Assembly (NCBI GenBank): GCA_963790025.1
Contig: CAWBMP010000004.1
Span: 1,216,001-1,280,000 of the forward strand
Length of the DNA stretch: 64,000 nucleotides
Reading direction: 5' to 3'
Source: Nitrospirota bacterium
GTDB taxonomy: Bacteria; Nitrospirota; Thermodesulfovibrionia; Thermodesulfovibrionales; Dissulfurispiraceae
The position numbers were made by a program, and so were the translations under genes. Within the stretch, counting starts at the first letter, position 1, and every line of letters starts with the position of its first letter. Shown in pieces: positions 37,674 to 47,619 of the stretch. Under the pieces are notes generated by a model that was not told the origin of the DNA, searched no databases, and saw nothing but the letters and a program-made list of their open reading frames with translations.

Positions 37674-38869
37674 AGTGACCTGCCCAACAGCTCCTCCAGC
37701 AACTCAACCAGCATGTCTATCTCTTTCTCCTCCACAATGAGAGGGGGAGTGAAACGCAGAATATTGCCGCCGCCCGTACAGTTGATCAGAATGCCCCTGT
37801 CAAGACACGCCTTGACAATAGGCATTCCGTCACGCGTAAGCTCCATGCCGACAAAAAGCCCCTTGCCCCGTATATCGACAATTTGCTGATGGTATTCCTT
37901 AAGCTGTATCAGCCGCTCCCTGAAATACGCGCCTATTCTATTGCAGTGGTCCAAGACAAATCCGTCCTCGAGAATTGCCTCCAATGTCGCAATCGCAGCC
38001 GCACACGCCAGCGGATTGCCGCCAAAAGTAGAGGCATGAGTGCCGGGCTTGAACACGGCAGCGACTTTATCGGTAGCCAGCAACGCGCCTATAGGCATGC
38101 CGCCACCAAGACCTTTAGCAAGGGCCATTATGTCTGGGGCCATATTATAATGCTCATACGCAAAGAGCCTGCCTGTCCGTCCCATCCCGGTCTGCACTTC
38201 ATCGAGAATCAAAAGGAGCCCGTGCCTGTCGCAAAGTTCCCTCACCTCGCCCAGATAACCATCGGACGGGAAGTTTACCCCTCCTTCCCCCTGTATAGGC
38301 TCGAGCATGACCGCACAGGTTTTTTCCGTTATTGCAGCTTCAAGCGCACGTATGTCATTAAACGGCACATGCTTGAACCCCGGCATCAGCGGCTCAAAAC
38401 CATGCTGGAATTTCTCCTGTCCGGTTGCTGCCAGCGCTGCAAGCGTTCTGCCATGAAAGGATTTCCATGCAGTTATGATTTCGTACCTTTCAGAACCGAA
38501 ATGCTCTCTTGAATATTTTCGCGCAAGTTTTATTGCCGCCTCAACGGCCTCAGTGCCTGAATTGCAGAAAAAAACTTTATCGGCAAAGGAGTTTGTAACG
38601 AGAAGCTTTGCGAGTTTTATTTGGGGCTCGATATGATAAAAATTTGACACATGTATTATTCTCTGCGCCTGCTTCTGAATTGCGACAACAACCTTGGGAT
38701 GGCAATGTCCGAGCACGTTCACGGCGATACCTCCCAGAAAATCGAGGTATTCCTTGCCATCGGCGCCCCAAACCCTCATTCCGCGTCCTTTTCTGAGCAT
38801 AACAGGGAACCGGTTATAGGTATGCATCAGGTAGTGCTCTGAATCTTCAATGATTTTTCGGGGTTCCAT
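37670..38869 (-). CDS. argD: Acetylornithine aminotransferase
   Basis: NSGTEA, FHGRT, EPIQGEGG, DEVQTG, AKGLGGG; overlaps argF. Confidence 0.95.
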   Translation of the reverse strand: MEPRKIIEDSEHYLMHTYNRFPVMLRKGRGMRVWGADGKEYLDFLGGIAVNVLGHCHPKVVVAIQKQAQRIIHVSNFYHIEPQIKLAKLLVTNSFADKVFFCNSGTEAVEAAIKLARKYSREHFGSERYEIITAWKSFHGRTLAALAATGQEKFQHGFEPLMPGFKHVPFNDIRALEAAITEKTCAVMLEPIQGEGGVNFPSDGYLGEVRELCDRHGLLLILDEVQTGMGRTGRLFAYEHYNMAPDIMALAKGLGGGMPIGALLATDKVAAVFKPGTHASTFGGNPLACAAAIATLEAILEDGFVLDHCNRIGAYFRERLIQLKEYHQQIVDIRGKGLFVGMELTRDGMPIVKACLDRGILINCTGGGNILRFTPPLIVEEKEIDMLVELLEELLGRSL

Positions 38870-38909
38870 GGGAAATGATAACACAGAGCCAAATAGCAGG
38901 GCAACTTAA

Positions 38910-39089
38910 GGGCTCGCGAAGAAATAACTTATACATTGATGCATCTCAGATTAAGGCCACCTTTGACCGACCCTCAATCACAAAATCCTCAACGTAGCTA
39001 TGCTACGCCTGCGGTTTTGTTCAATCGGCTCAGTCAAATCTGACCCGAATCTTAGCGCCTGAATGCACAAGTTATTTCTTCGCAACCCC
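38910..39089. mobile_element. MITE-like element with about 21-bp TIRs and TAA flanks
   Basis: GGGCTCGCGAAGAAATAACTT ... AAGTTATTTCTTCGCAACCCC; TAA on both sides; internal hairpin CGTAGC-TAT-GCTACG. Confidence 0.75.
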
Positions 39090-39193
39090 TAAGGCTTTTA
39101 AAAGACAGCCGGTTTATATTATTATACATGCTCGGCTTAACTCTTGCTTCAGGATTGTTGATTAAAAGTTATATTTAAAAATTGGAGGATAGT

Positions 39194-40333
39194 ATGCTGA
39201 AACGTTATCTTTTAGCCCCGGGGCCTACACCTGTGCCTCCCGAGGTATTGCTTTCAATGGCGATGCCGATCATTCACCACAGGGCGCCTGATTTTTCGCC
39301 TGTCCTTGACTCTGCAAAAACAGGGTTGCAGTGGCTGTTCCAGACAAAAAACGATGTTCTTATCCTCACGTCGACCGGTACCGGCGGCATGGTGGGCGCG
39401 GTGAATAATTTCTTTAATCCCGGAGACAAAGTATTAGTGGTAAACGGGGGTAAATTCGGAGAACGCTGGACAAAAATAGCCCAATCATACGGCCTGAAAG
39501 TGGAGGAGATACTCGTTGAATGGGGATATTCGGTAAAGCCTCAAACGGTCGAGGCCGCACTGAAGAAAGATCCTCAAATTAAAGGGGTCTTTGTCCAGGC
39601 AACCGAGACTTCCACAGGTGTGTTTCACGATGTTGAAGGACTGGGAAACGTTGTGAGGAAATTTGAAGATACACTGTTCATTGTTGATGCAATCAGTGCG
39701 CTGGTTGCCCATGATATAAAAACTGATGAATGGGGAATCGATATTATGGTCGGCGGCTCGCAAAAAGGGCTTATGCTGCCCCCGGGGTTGGCCTTTGTGA
39801 GTATAAGTGATAAGGCATGGAAAAGAAACGAGTCCTCAAAAATGCCGAGGTTCTATTTCAATTTCAAAAAAGAGCGGGAGAACCTTGCAAAGAACCAGAC
39901 GAACTTCACCTCTGCGGTGACTTTAATTATTGGACTCAATGAAGCGATAAAGATGCTGCGCAAAGAAGGGCTCGAAAATGTATTTGCAAGGCATGCCCGC
40001 CTTGCCCGTGCAACCAGGGAGGCGGTAAAGTCACTGGGCCTTGCCCTCTATTCAAAAGAGTCCCCGAGCAACTCTGTTACGGCAATAGAGGCCCCTGCAG
40101 GAGTTGACGGGCAGGCAATTTACAAAAATTTGAGAGAGAAATACGGAATAACCGGAGCCGGCGGACAGGACAAAGCAAAAGGTAAGATATTCAGGCTGGC
40201 CCATCTCGGGTACGCGGACATCTTCGATGTTATTACAGGTATTGCCGCACTGGAAATGGTACTGAAGGAACTCGGTTATGACATCAAGCTTGGGACAGGC
40301 GTGGCAAAAGCGCAGGAAATATTGATGCAATGA
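39194..40333 (+). CDS. Class V PLP aminotransferase (serine-pyruvate / phosphoserine aminotransferase type)
   Basis: LAPGPTP, ETSTGV, VDAIS, GSQKG; upstream of serA. Confidence 0.9.
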   Translation: MLKRYLLAPGPTPVPPEVLLSMAMPIIHHRAPDFSPVLDSAKTGLQWLFQTKNDVLILTSTGTGGMVGAVNNFFNPGDKVLVVNGGKFGERWTKIAQSYGLKVEEILVEWGYSVKPQTVEAALKKDPQIKGVFVQATETSTGVFHDVEGLGNVVRKFEDTLFIVDAISALVAHDIKTDEWGIDIMVGGSQKGLMLPPGLAFVSISDKAWKRNESSKMPRFYFNFKKERENLAKNQTNFTSAVTLIIGLNEAIKMLRKEGLENVFARHARLARATREAVKSLGLALYSKESPSNSVTAIEAPAGVDGQAIYKNLREKYGITGAGGQDKAKGKIFRLAHLGYADIFDVITGIAALEMVLKELGYDIKLGTGVAKAQEILMQ

Positions 40334-40346
40334 GGAGGCCCATTCA

Positions 40347-41924
40347 ATGAAGGTTCTTGTTAGCGACAGCATTTCACCTACCGGTGTCGATATACTTAAA
40401 AAGGCAGGGCTTGAAGTCGATGTAAAAACCGGCTTGAAACCTGATGAGCTGAAGGCCATTATCGGGGAGTACCACGCACTGATAGTCAGGAGTGCAACCA
40501 AAGCGACTGCTGAAATCATAGAGGCAGCCGAAAATCTGAAAGTTATCGGTCGTGCAGGTTCCGGCCTTGACAATGTAGACAAGGTTGCCGCATCCAAAAA
40601 AGGCATTGTGGTGATGAACACCCCTGGAGGCAACACGATTACAACTGCCGAGCACACCATTGCCATGATGTTCGCCGTTGCACGGAGAATCCCGCAGGCA
40701 AAGGCTTCGATGGCTGCCGGGCAATGGGAAAAAAAGAAATTCATGGGTACCGAGCTTTACAATAAAGTCCTCGGCGTCGTGGGGTTGGGCAATATCGGCG
40801 GTGAGGTGGCAAGAAGGGCCCAGGGCCTCGGCATGCAGGTTATCGCCTATGATCCTTTTCTCAATGAAGAGAAGGCCGAGCAGACCGGAATTGAGAAGGT
40901 AGAGATTCCGGAACTGATCAAGCGGGCCGATTTTATCACAATACATACCCCTTTAACTCATGAGACAAAGAACCTTATCAGGGCAGAAACCATCGCAACC
41001 ATGAAAGACGGTGTCTATATCATTAACTGTGCCCGCGGCGGTATTGTGAATGAAAAGGACCTTTATGAGGCACTGGAGAGCGGAAAGGTTGCCGGCGCGG
41101 CCCTGGATGTTTTCGAAAAAGAACCGCCTGTAGATAGCCCGCTGGTGGCACACCCTAATGTTGTATGCACACCCCATCTCGGGGCCTCGACACAGGAGGC
41201 GCAGGAGAATGTGGCATTGGCCGTTGCAGAACAGATAGTGGATTATCTCGTAAACGGCACCATCAGGAACGCAGTCAACTTCCCCTCAATTCCGGCTGAC
41301 CAGGTGGCGGCTTTGCAACCATACATTACACTTGCCGACAAACTGGGCGGTTTTGCCTCGCAGTTGTTCGGGGATGAAATGACCGGCGTTTCTATAGAAT
41401 ACAGGGGAAAAGTGGCGGGGTTAAATATATCTCCCCTGACCCTCGCGGTTATCAAGGGGCTGCTTGACCCGATTTTGCTGGAGACGGTGAATTTTGTCAA
41501 TGCCTCAGTAATTGCCAAAGAGCGGGGAATCGAGGTCAACGAGACCAAGAGCAGTGATGCCGGTGATTACAACAGCTTGATAACAATCAAAATAAAATCG
41601 CGCAGGAAAGAGCTCATAGTGTCAGGGACTTTATTCAGCAGAAAAGACCCGAGGATAGTGCAAATAGACAAGTACACCGTTGAAATTGTTCCCGAGGGGA
41701 ATATGCTGGTTATGTATAACAATGACAAGCCCGGAGTTATAGGCAATATCGGTTCGATGATGGGAAAAAATGATATCAATATTGCCAGGATGCACTTCGG
41801 CAGGGAGAGCGCTGGCGGCAATGCAATATCGGTCGTCAACATTGATTCATCAATATCCGACGAATTGCTGGAAGGGATAAAGAAATTACCCAATATCCTT
41901 GATGTCAAGGTCATAAATCTATAA
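40347..41924 (+). CDS. serA: D-3-phosphoglycerate dehydrogenase
   Basis: GRAGSGLDNVD, GLGNIG, NCARGG, TPHLGAST; ACT domain DKPGVIG. Confidence 0.96.
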   Translation: MKVLVSDSISPTGVDILKKAGLEVDVKTGLKPDELKAIIGEYHALIVRSATKATAEIIEAAENLKVIGRAGSGLDNVDKVAASKKGIVVMNTPGGNTITTAEHTIAMMFAVARRIPQAKASMAAGQWEKKKFMGTELYNKVLGVVGLGNIGGEVARRAQGLGMQVIAYDPFLNEEKAEQTGIEKVEIPELIKRADFITIHTPLTHETKNLIRAETIATMKDGVYIINCARGGIVNEKDLYEALESGKVAGAALDVFEKEPPVDSPLVAHPNVVCTPHLGASTQEAQENVALAVAEQIVDYLVNGTIRNAVNFPSIPADQVAALQPYITLADKLGGFASQLFGDEMTGVSIEYRGKVAGLNISPLTLAVIKGLLDPILLETVNFVNASVIAKERGIEVNETKSSDAGDYNSLITIKIKSRRKELIVSGTLFSRKDPRIVQIDKYTVEIVPEGNMLVMYNNDKPGVIGNIGSMMGKNDINIARMHFGRESAGGNAISVVNIDSSISDELLEGIKKLPNILDVKVINL

Positions 41925-41925
41925 G

Positions 41926-42005
41926 AAGCGTACTTCGTTCGGCGTACTGCGCTAAAGGAAAACCAATTAATATATCCTTCGACGCAGTACGCTGAACGCT
42001 GAACG
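41926..42005. repeat. Heptamer-based palindrome
   Basis: TACTTCG TTCGGCG TACTGCG ... CGCAGTA CGCTGAA CGCTGAA. Confidence 0.75.
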
Positions 42006-42023
42006 AAAAAAAGAGGTATTACT

Positions 42024-43310
42024 ATGTCAACAGTCGTTGTAGTCGGCTCCCAATGGGGTGATGAGGGAAAAGGGAAAATTGTAGATTTTCTGACTGAAAA
42101 GGCTGATATGGTTGCACGATATCAGGGAGGGAATAACGCGGGTCATACCGTTGTAATAAAAAACGAAAAATACATTCTCCACCTTATCCCATCAGGAATT
42201 CTCCATAAAAGAAAAAAGTGCATCCTTGGCAACGGCATGGTGATCAGCCCTGAAGCTCTTATTTGTGAGATGAACAATCTCAGAGATAAAGGCATAGCCA
42301 TAGACAACAACCTGCTGATATCAAAGAACGCCCATGTTATTATGCCTTACCATAAAGCTCTGGAGCGCGAACACGAGAACGGGAAGGGAAGCAATAAGAT
42401 CGGCACCACCGGCATGGGGATAGGCCCCTGTTATACAGATAAGGCGGCACGGCACGGTGTCCGGATGATGGACCTGTTGGCCCCTAAGATATTCAGGGAA
42501 AAACTGACGTCGAACCTCGTCCTGGTCAATTTCCTACTGGAGCGTTTCTACAATGCCGCGCCTCTTAACGCAGATGAAATATATGATAAATATATGGACT
42601 ATGCCGGAGAGCTTGCAAAGTATATAACAGATACAGACATCATTGTTAATGACGCCATGGAATCAGGCAAAAAGGTGCTTTTCGAAGGAGCACAGGGAAC
42701 ATTACTCGATATAGATCACGGTACTTACCCATTTGTGACCTCATCCAATACCATAGCTGGGGGCGTGTGTGCAGGAGTGGGCGTGGGTCCTACAAAGATC
42801 AAGAAAGTTTTAGGGATCACAAAGGCATATACTACAAGAGTCGGCGAAGGTCCGTTCCCTACCGAGATGAAAGATGAACTTGGCGAGGCGCTAAGGCAAA
42901 AAGGCGGCGAATTCGGGGCCACCACCGGAAGGCCGAGGAGGTGCGGCTGGCTAGATACGCTTATACTAAAACATGCTATCCGCATCAACGGGCTGACAGG
43001 AATAGCCCTGACAAAACTTGACATCCTTGATGGGATGGATACAATAAAAATATGTACCAGCTATAAATATAACGGCATCAGGTATAAAAACTTTCCAAAA
43101 GAAATAGAGGTGCTTGCACAGGCACAGCCTGTTTATGAGGAATTAAAAGGGTGGAAAGATAGCACTGTCGGGATTAAGGAATTCAAGCTGCTGCCCGCCA
43201 ATGCAAAAAAATACATTAAGAGAATAGAAATGCTTCTGGACACAAAAATTCAGATAATTTCCACGGGGCAGAAGAGAGACGAGATCATCGTCCTAAAAGA
43301 ACAATTTTAG
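42024..43310 (+). CDS. purA: Adenylosuccinate synthetase
   Basis: QWGDEGKGK, GNNAGHT, EGAQG, GATTGRPRRCGW. Confidence 0.98.
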   Translation: MSTVVVVGSQWGDEGKGKIVDFLTEKADMVARYQGGNNAGHTVVIKNEKYILHLIPSGILHKRKKCILGNGMVISPEALICEMNNLRDKGIAIDNNLLISKNAHVIMPYHKALEREHENGKGSNKIGTTGMGIGPCYTDKAARHGVRMMDLLAPKIFREKLTSNLVLVNFLLERFYNAAPLNADEIYDKYMDYAGELAKYITDTDIIVNDAMESGKKVLFEGAQGTLLDIDHGTYPFVTSSNTIAGGVCAGVGVGPTKIKKVLGITKAYTTRVGEGPFPTEMKDELGEALRQKGGEFGATTGRPRRCGWLDTLILKHAIRINGLTGIALTKLDILDGMDTIKICTSYKYNGIRYKNFPKEIEVLAQAQPVYEELKGWKDSTVGIKEFKLLPANAKKYIKRIEMLLDTKIQIISTGQKRDEIIVLKEQF

Positions 43311-43435
43311 GGTTTCGTCGTCGAAAGCTCATATGCTTCGGTGCGCTGCATACCTCGTCACTGAGGCGTATCAAAAAGTACGCCTCATTCCTCACGATTT
43401 GCACGCATTGCCTGTAAACTTTTTACGACGAAGCC
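43311..43435. mobile_element. MITE/REP-like element
   Basis: TIR GGTTTCGTCGTCGAAAG / CTTTTTACGACGAAGCC; internal hairpin TGAGGCGTA-N8-TACGCCTCA. Confidence 0.65.
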
Positions 43436-43452
43436 GAAGTTTGAAGTAGTCT

Positions 43453-44151
43453 ATGACAGGCTTTAATAGTTTGCTTAACTTTATCTTCCCATCGACGTGT
43501 CCGGTGTGCGGCAGTGATTCGGACAGTTACAGGCACAATCCGATCTGCATCTCCTGCTGGAAAAAAATCGAACGGTATTCAGGTCCTGCATGCCTGACAT
43601 GCGGCATCCCGGTAATCTCGGTCCATGCAACACATTGTGAATCGTGCCTGCAAGCGCCCCCGCCCTATTCAAAGATTATCTATTATGGTATTTATGACGG
43701 CACCTTAAGGAAAGCCATTCACCTCCTTAAATTCAGAGGTATAAAAAGACTTGCCCGTCCTATTGCGGCGCTTCTTTCCGAACTGCCTGTTCCCGGGGCC
43801 GACGGTATTGTTCCAGTTCCCCTGCATTCCAAAAAGTTGAAGGAAAGGGAATTCAACCAGACTGCATTAATCAGCAGACACCTGTCCCGCGACCTGGGTG
43901 TCCCCCTGTTGCTGGATGCCTTGAAAAAAGACAAGGAAACTCCGGCGCAGATCAATGTCACAGGAAAGGAACGGCTGAAAAATGTCAGGAACACATTCAG
44001 CGCGGGCAAAGCTGTAAAAGGTCTCGGCCTACTTCTTGTGGACGATGTTATTACCACCGGGGCCACTGTGCGCGAATGTGCAAAGGTGCTGACCAAAGCG
44101 GGTGCGAAGAGCATCACGGTTGTAGCACTTGCACGTTCGATGCCGAAATAG
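43453..44151 (+). CDS. comF: ComF family phosphoribosyltransferase-like protein
   Basis: Double zinc ribbon; VPVPLH, FNQ, LLVDDVITTGAT. Confidence 0.92.
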   Translation: MTGFNSLLNFIFPSTCPVCGSDSDSYRHNPICISCWKKIERYSGPACLTCGIPVISVHATHCESCLQAPPPYSKIIYYGIYDGTLRKAIHLLKFRGIKRLARPIAALLSELPVPGADGIVPVPLHSKKLKEREFNQTALISRHLSRDLGVPLLLDALKKDKETPAQINVTGKERLKNVRNTFSAGKAVKGLGLLLVDDVITTGATVRECAKVLTKAGAKSITVVALARSMPK

Positions 44152-44159
44152 AGTCTAGT

Positions 44160-44208
44160 ATCGGCAGGGGCAGGCTTTTTATCGGAGCGATAGCCTGCCT
44201 CTGCCGAT
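44160..44208 (+). terminator. Hairpin after comF
   Basis: ATCGGCAGGGGCAGGCT...AGCCTGCCTCTGCCGAT. Confidence 0.55.
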
Positions 44209-44285
44209 CCCTTCCTTATTGTCTTATTATGTTAGAATATTATTCAGTGCTCAAAAAAGCATAATTTGTAAAGTGAGGATACAAT

Positions 44286-45194
44286 ATGGGAGTCCTGGAC
44301 TGCATCGGCAATACGCCCCTTATCAAACTTGATGTTCTAAATCCAAATCCTGAAGTTGAACTGTTTGTAAAACTTGAAGGTAATAACCCGGGCGGGTCGA
44401 TAAAAGACCGCACCGCCCTTTATATGGTAGCAGCGGCTGAGAGGGCTGGAGAGTTGACAAGAGATAAAATAATTCTTGAGGCTACCTCCGGCAATACCGG
44501 TATAGGGCTGGCTATGGTTGCAACGGCAAAAAAGTACAGAGTGAAGCTTACTATGCCTGCGTGTGTAAGCGTGGAAAGAAGGAAGGTGCTGGAAGCCTTT
44601 GGAGCGGAACTTATACTGAGCCCGGCTGAAGAGGGGACAGACGGTGCGATACGCCTCGCTCATAAGATAATGTCCGAAAACCCGGATCTATATTTCATGC
44701 CTAACCAGTTTGACAATCCAGCAAACATACTCGCACATTATGAGACAACCGGCAAGGAAATTATCGAACAGACCAAAGGCAGAATTACTCACTTTGTAGC
44801 CGGCATCGGCACCTCAGGTACAATTATGGGGGCAGGTAAGCGGCTTAAGGAGTACAATAGCGCCATAAAGATTATTGGCGTCGAACCGGTGATGGGCCAC
44901 AGAATCCAGGGTCTAAAGAATATGTCAGAGTCCATTGTGCCGAAGATTTTTAACCCGGCGTGCATGGATGAGCGGCATATTATCAATGATGAGGAGGCCT
45001 TTGATACAACACGGATGCTGGCTGTGAAGGAAGGACTTTTTATGGGTATGTCAAGCGGCGCCGCAATGCACATCGCCATTAAAAAGTCCAGCGAACTGGA
45101 GAGTGGAGTAATTGTGGTGATATTCCCAGACAGAGGTGATCGTTATCTGTCAACCGCGCTTTTTACATCGGTATGCGGAAAATGCCCGCCTTAA
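44286..45194 (+). CDS. PLP-dependent cysteine synthase family protein (CysM-like)
   Basis: KLEGNNPGGSIKDR, ATSGNTG, GIGTSGT, PDRGDRYLS. Confidence 0.92.
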   Translation: MGVLDCIGNTPLIKLDVLNPNPEVELFVKLEGNNPGGSIKDRTALYMVAAAERAGELTRDKIILEATSGNTGIGLAMVATAKKYRVKLTMPACVSVERRKVLEAFGAELILSPAEEGTDGAIRLAHKIMSENPDLYFMPNQFDNPANILAHYETTGKEIIEQTKGRITHFVAGIGTSGTIMGAGKRLKEYNSAIKIIGVEPVMGHRIQGLKNMSESIVPKIFNPACMDERHIINDEEAFDTTRMLAVKEGLFMGMSSGAAMHIAIKKSSELESGVIVVIFPDRGDRYLSTALFTSVCGKCPP

Positions 45195-45290
45195 AAAACA
45201 GGTGTAGGCATAGGCAAAGGTATCATGCTGGGTTGAATTCTCGTTCTTAACCTTTGCCTGTATCTTTACCTGACTTTAAAGGAGGTTCAG

Positions 45291-45521
45291 ATGGCTGAAA
45301 TAGAGGATGTTGCTGAAAAAATAGCTGCAGCTTTCGAGGACTTATATTTCGTACCAGGGAAGAAGAAACTCTTTAATTCAGTATTTAACCGGTACCTGCC
45401 CATGGCAGATCCGGAGGGGAAAATGGTGGAGCCCTATGATGCTATTGTAGAACTGGGCTACCGTCACAGGGAAGAATATGATAAAATGGTAGCCGAATTT
45501 AAAAAACTCTCCATAATTTAA
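45291..45521 (+). CDS. Small hypothetical protein
   Basis: 76 aa, strong SD AAGGAGG. Confidence 0.75.
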   Translation: MAEIEDVAEKIAAAFEDLYFVPGKKKLFNSVFNRYLPMADPEGKMVEPYDAIVELGYRHREEYDKMVAEFKKLSII

Positions 45522-45552
45522 TCTAAAAAATGCAATGCGGAAACCACAGAGA

Positions 45553-46323
45553 TCACAAGTTTTCTCTGCGCATTCTGTGGTGGACCGCATTATTCGGGTC
45601 AATGAGCAAAACGTAAAGGGCGCCCAATCCCCCATCACACTGCCGCGCCGAGGCAAATGCAATGACATTTTTTCTGTAGCGGTTTGTAAGCCAGGCGATT
45701 AGAGCGCTTTTAAGCACAGGGCCGTCCGGCGAGCGGAGTCCCCTGCCATGGATTATTTTAATGCACCAGAGACCCTTTACCAGGGCCTCTTTAAGTAACC
45801 TTCCTATTGCCGCCTCAGCCTCCTCAACAACAAGCCCGTGCAGGTCCAGACAGTCCTGGACAGAATAAGCCCCGCTGTGCAGCTTTTTAGTAATGCTTGC
45901 CCCCGCCGAGCACTCAAATCGCTTACGAGTTGCGTGTTGAGTGCTCGGTAAGTGGGGGTTGCCGTAACAGGCCGGCAAATAAGCCGGGTTTACCCATTCT
46001 ACATATTCCTCCGTATCAGGCAGATTAATCGGAACACGGCCGTTGACAACTTCTTCGAGGACCCGCACCGCATCATACCGCCGGATACGGCACCCGCACA
46101 TGGGTACAATTTTTTTGGGCTGAACAGGGATCTGCCTGTATTCCTCAATTTCACGCACTTCCTTCATGGCAGCGGCAAAGAGTTCTTCATCGCTAAGGCG
46201 TTCTGGCTTTTCTACTTTAGAAGGATCCACCGCACCGGCAATTCTTTTACGCTCGATTATTTCTTTCAGGTTTTGAAAAGGATGGAATGAAACGGTTTCC
46301 GGTGCGCGTTTTTTGCTGCCCAT
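45553..46323 (-). CDS. Smr/MutS2 domain protein
   Basis: LDLHGL, IIHGRG, DGGLGALYVLL. Confidence 0.9.
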   Translation of the reverse strand: MGSKKRAPETVSFHPFQNLKEIIERKRIAGAVDPSKVEKPERLSDEELFAAAMKEVREIEEYRQIPVQPKKIVPMCGCRIRRYDAVRVLEEVVNGRVPINLPDTEEYVEWVNPAYLPACYGNPHLPSTQHATRKRFECSAGASITKKLHSGAYSVQDCLDLHGLVVEEAEAAIGRLLKEALVKGLWCIKIIHGRGLRSPDGPVLKSALIAWLTNRYRKNVIAFASARQCDGGLGALYVLLIDPNNAVHHRMRRENL

Positions 46324-46460
46324 TGCCCACCTTCCTTAATTTAGTGCTGAAAAAATCTGTATTACTTTTATTATACCCACATGAGTTTCACATGGTAAAG
46401 AGCAATCTGTGAGCCCACTACCGCCCGCCACTCTGGCCTTTAAAGTGGTACAATTGTTTA

Positions 46461-47606
46461 ATGAACGTGTTGGCGGCAATAGTTGGGGTGTTGCTTATCA
46501 TGGTGATTCTGTGGGAAGGATTCGAGATCATCATTCTCCCGCGTAGGGTGACACGGCGGTTCCGTTTCAGCCGATACTTTTTTCGCTCCTTCTGGCACAC
46601 CTGGAGGGCGATGGTCAGCGCTTTCGTTCCGCAGAAGTTCCAGGAAACCTGGCTGAGTTTCTTCGGCCCGCTTTCTAATCTCGTTATGATTAGTGTCTGG
46701 GTCACCGGGCTAATAACCGGCTTCGCACTGGTCCACTGGGCAGGCGGTTCGTCGGTCGGTGGAGTAGATGGAAGTGCCGGGTTTTTTACGGATATTTACT
46801 TGAGCAGTACTACTTTCTTCACTCTCGGATTGGGAGATGTAACCCCCCGAAGCAACCTGGCTCGTTTTCTCACGGTAATCGAGTCCGGGCTGGGGTTTGG
46901 ATTTCTCGCCCTAGTTATTAGTTACCTGCCGGCCCTCAACCAGTCCTTTGCCCGCCGGGAGGTAAGCATTTCGCTCCTTGACGCCAGGGCCGGCTCGCCG
47001 CCCAGTGCATCAGAGATGATGCTCCGGCACAGCGACGGGCACGGCATGGAGACACTCCGGCAACTGCTCAAGGAGTGGGAGATCTGGTCGGCTGAGTTTC
47101 TCGAAGGCCATATCTCTTACCCGGTCCTCGCCTATTTTCGATCGCAGCACGATAACCAGTCGTGGCTCGGCGCCCTGACAGCAGTCCTCGATACTTGTGC
47201 ACTCGTGATCGTCGGAGTGGAAGGAAGCTGTAAGCGTCAGGCAGAACTGACCTTCGCCATCGCCCGTCATGCTGTGGTCGACCTCGCGCTTGTGTTCAGA
47301 AGACCGCCTAGGAAACCGGCACACGACCGGCTTCCCCCGGACATGCTTGCCAAATTACGTACCATTTTGAAGGATGCCGGACTTAATCTTAACGAGGGAG
47401 AGGCCGCTGACCAAAAACTGACGGAACTGCGACAGATGTATGAACCTTTTGTCAATGGTCTCTCCATCTTCTTTCGTATCAAATTGCCTCCATGGGTTGT
47501 TCCTGAGGGGAAGATGGACAACTGGCAGACAAGCGCGTGGGAACCAGGGGGTGTGAGTTTCCGAAAAGCCGATGGGGAAGGTCGTGCCGGGAGAGAGCAT
47601 TTCTAA
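46461..47606 (+). CDS. Potassium-channel-family (Ion_trans_2) membrane protein
   Basis: Pore motif TTFFTLGLGD; HISYPVLAYFRSQHDNQSW. Confidence 0.85.
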   Translation: MNVLAAIVGVLLIMVILWEGFEIIILPRRVTRRFRFSRYFFRSFWHTWRAMVSAFVPQKFQETWLSFFGPLSNLVMISVWVTGLITGFALVHWAGGSSVGGVDGSAGFFTDIYLSSTTFFTLGLGDVTPRSNLARFLTVIESGLGFGFLALVISYLPALNQSFARREVSISLLDARAGSPPSASEMMLRHSDGHGMETLRQLLKEWEIWSAEFLEGHISYPVLAYFRSQHDNQSWLGALTAVLDTCALVIVGVEGSCKRQAELTFAIARHAVVDLALVFRRPPRKPAHDRLPPDMLAKLRTILKDAGLNLNEGEAADQKLTELRQMYEPFVNGLSIFFRIKLPPWVVPEGKMDNWQTSAWEPGGVSFRKADGEGRAGREHF

Positions 47607-47619
47607 GGATCTGGGCATA

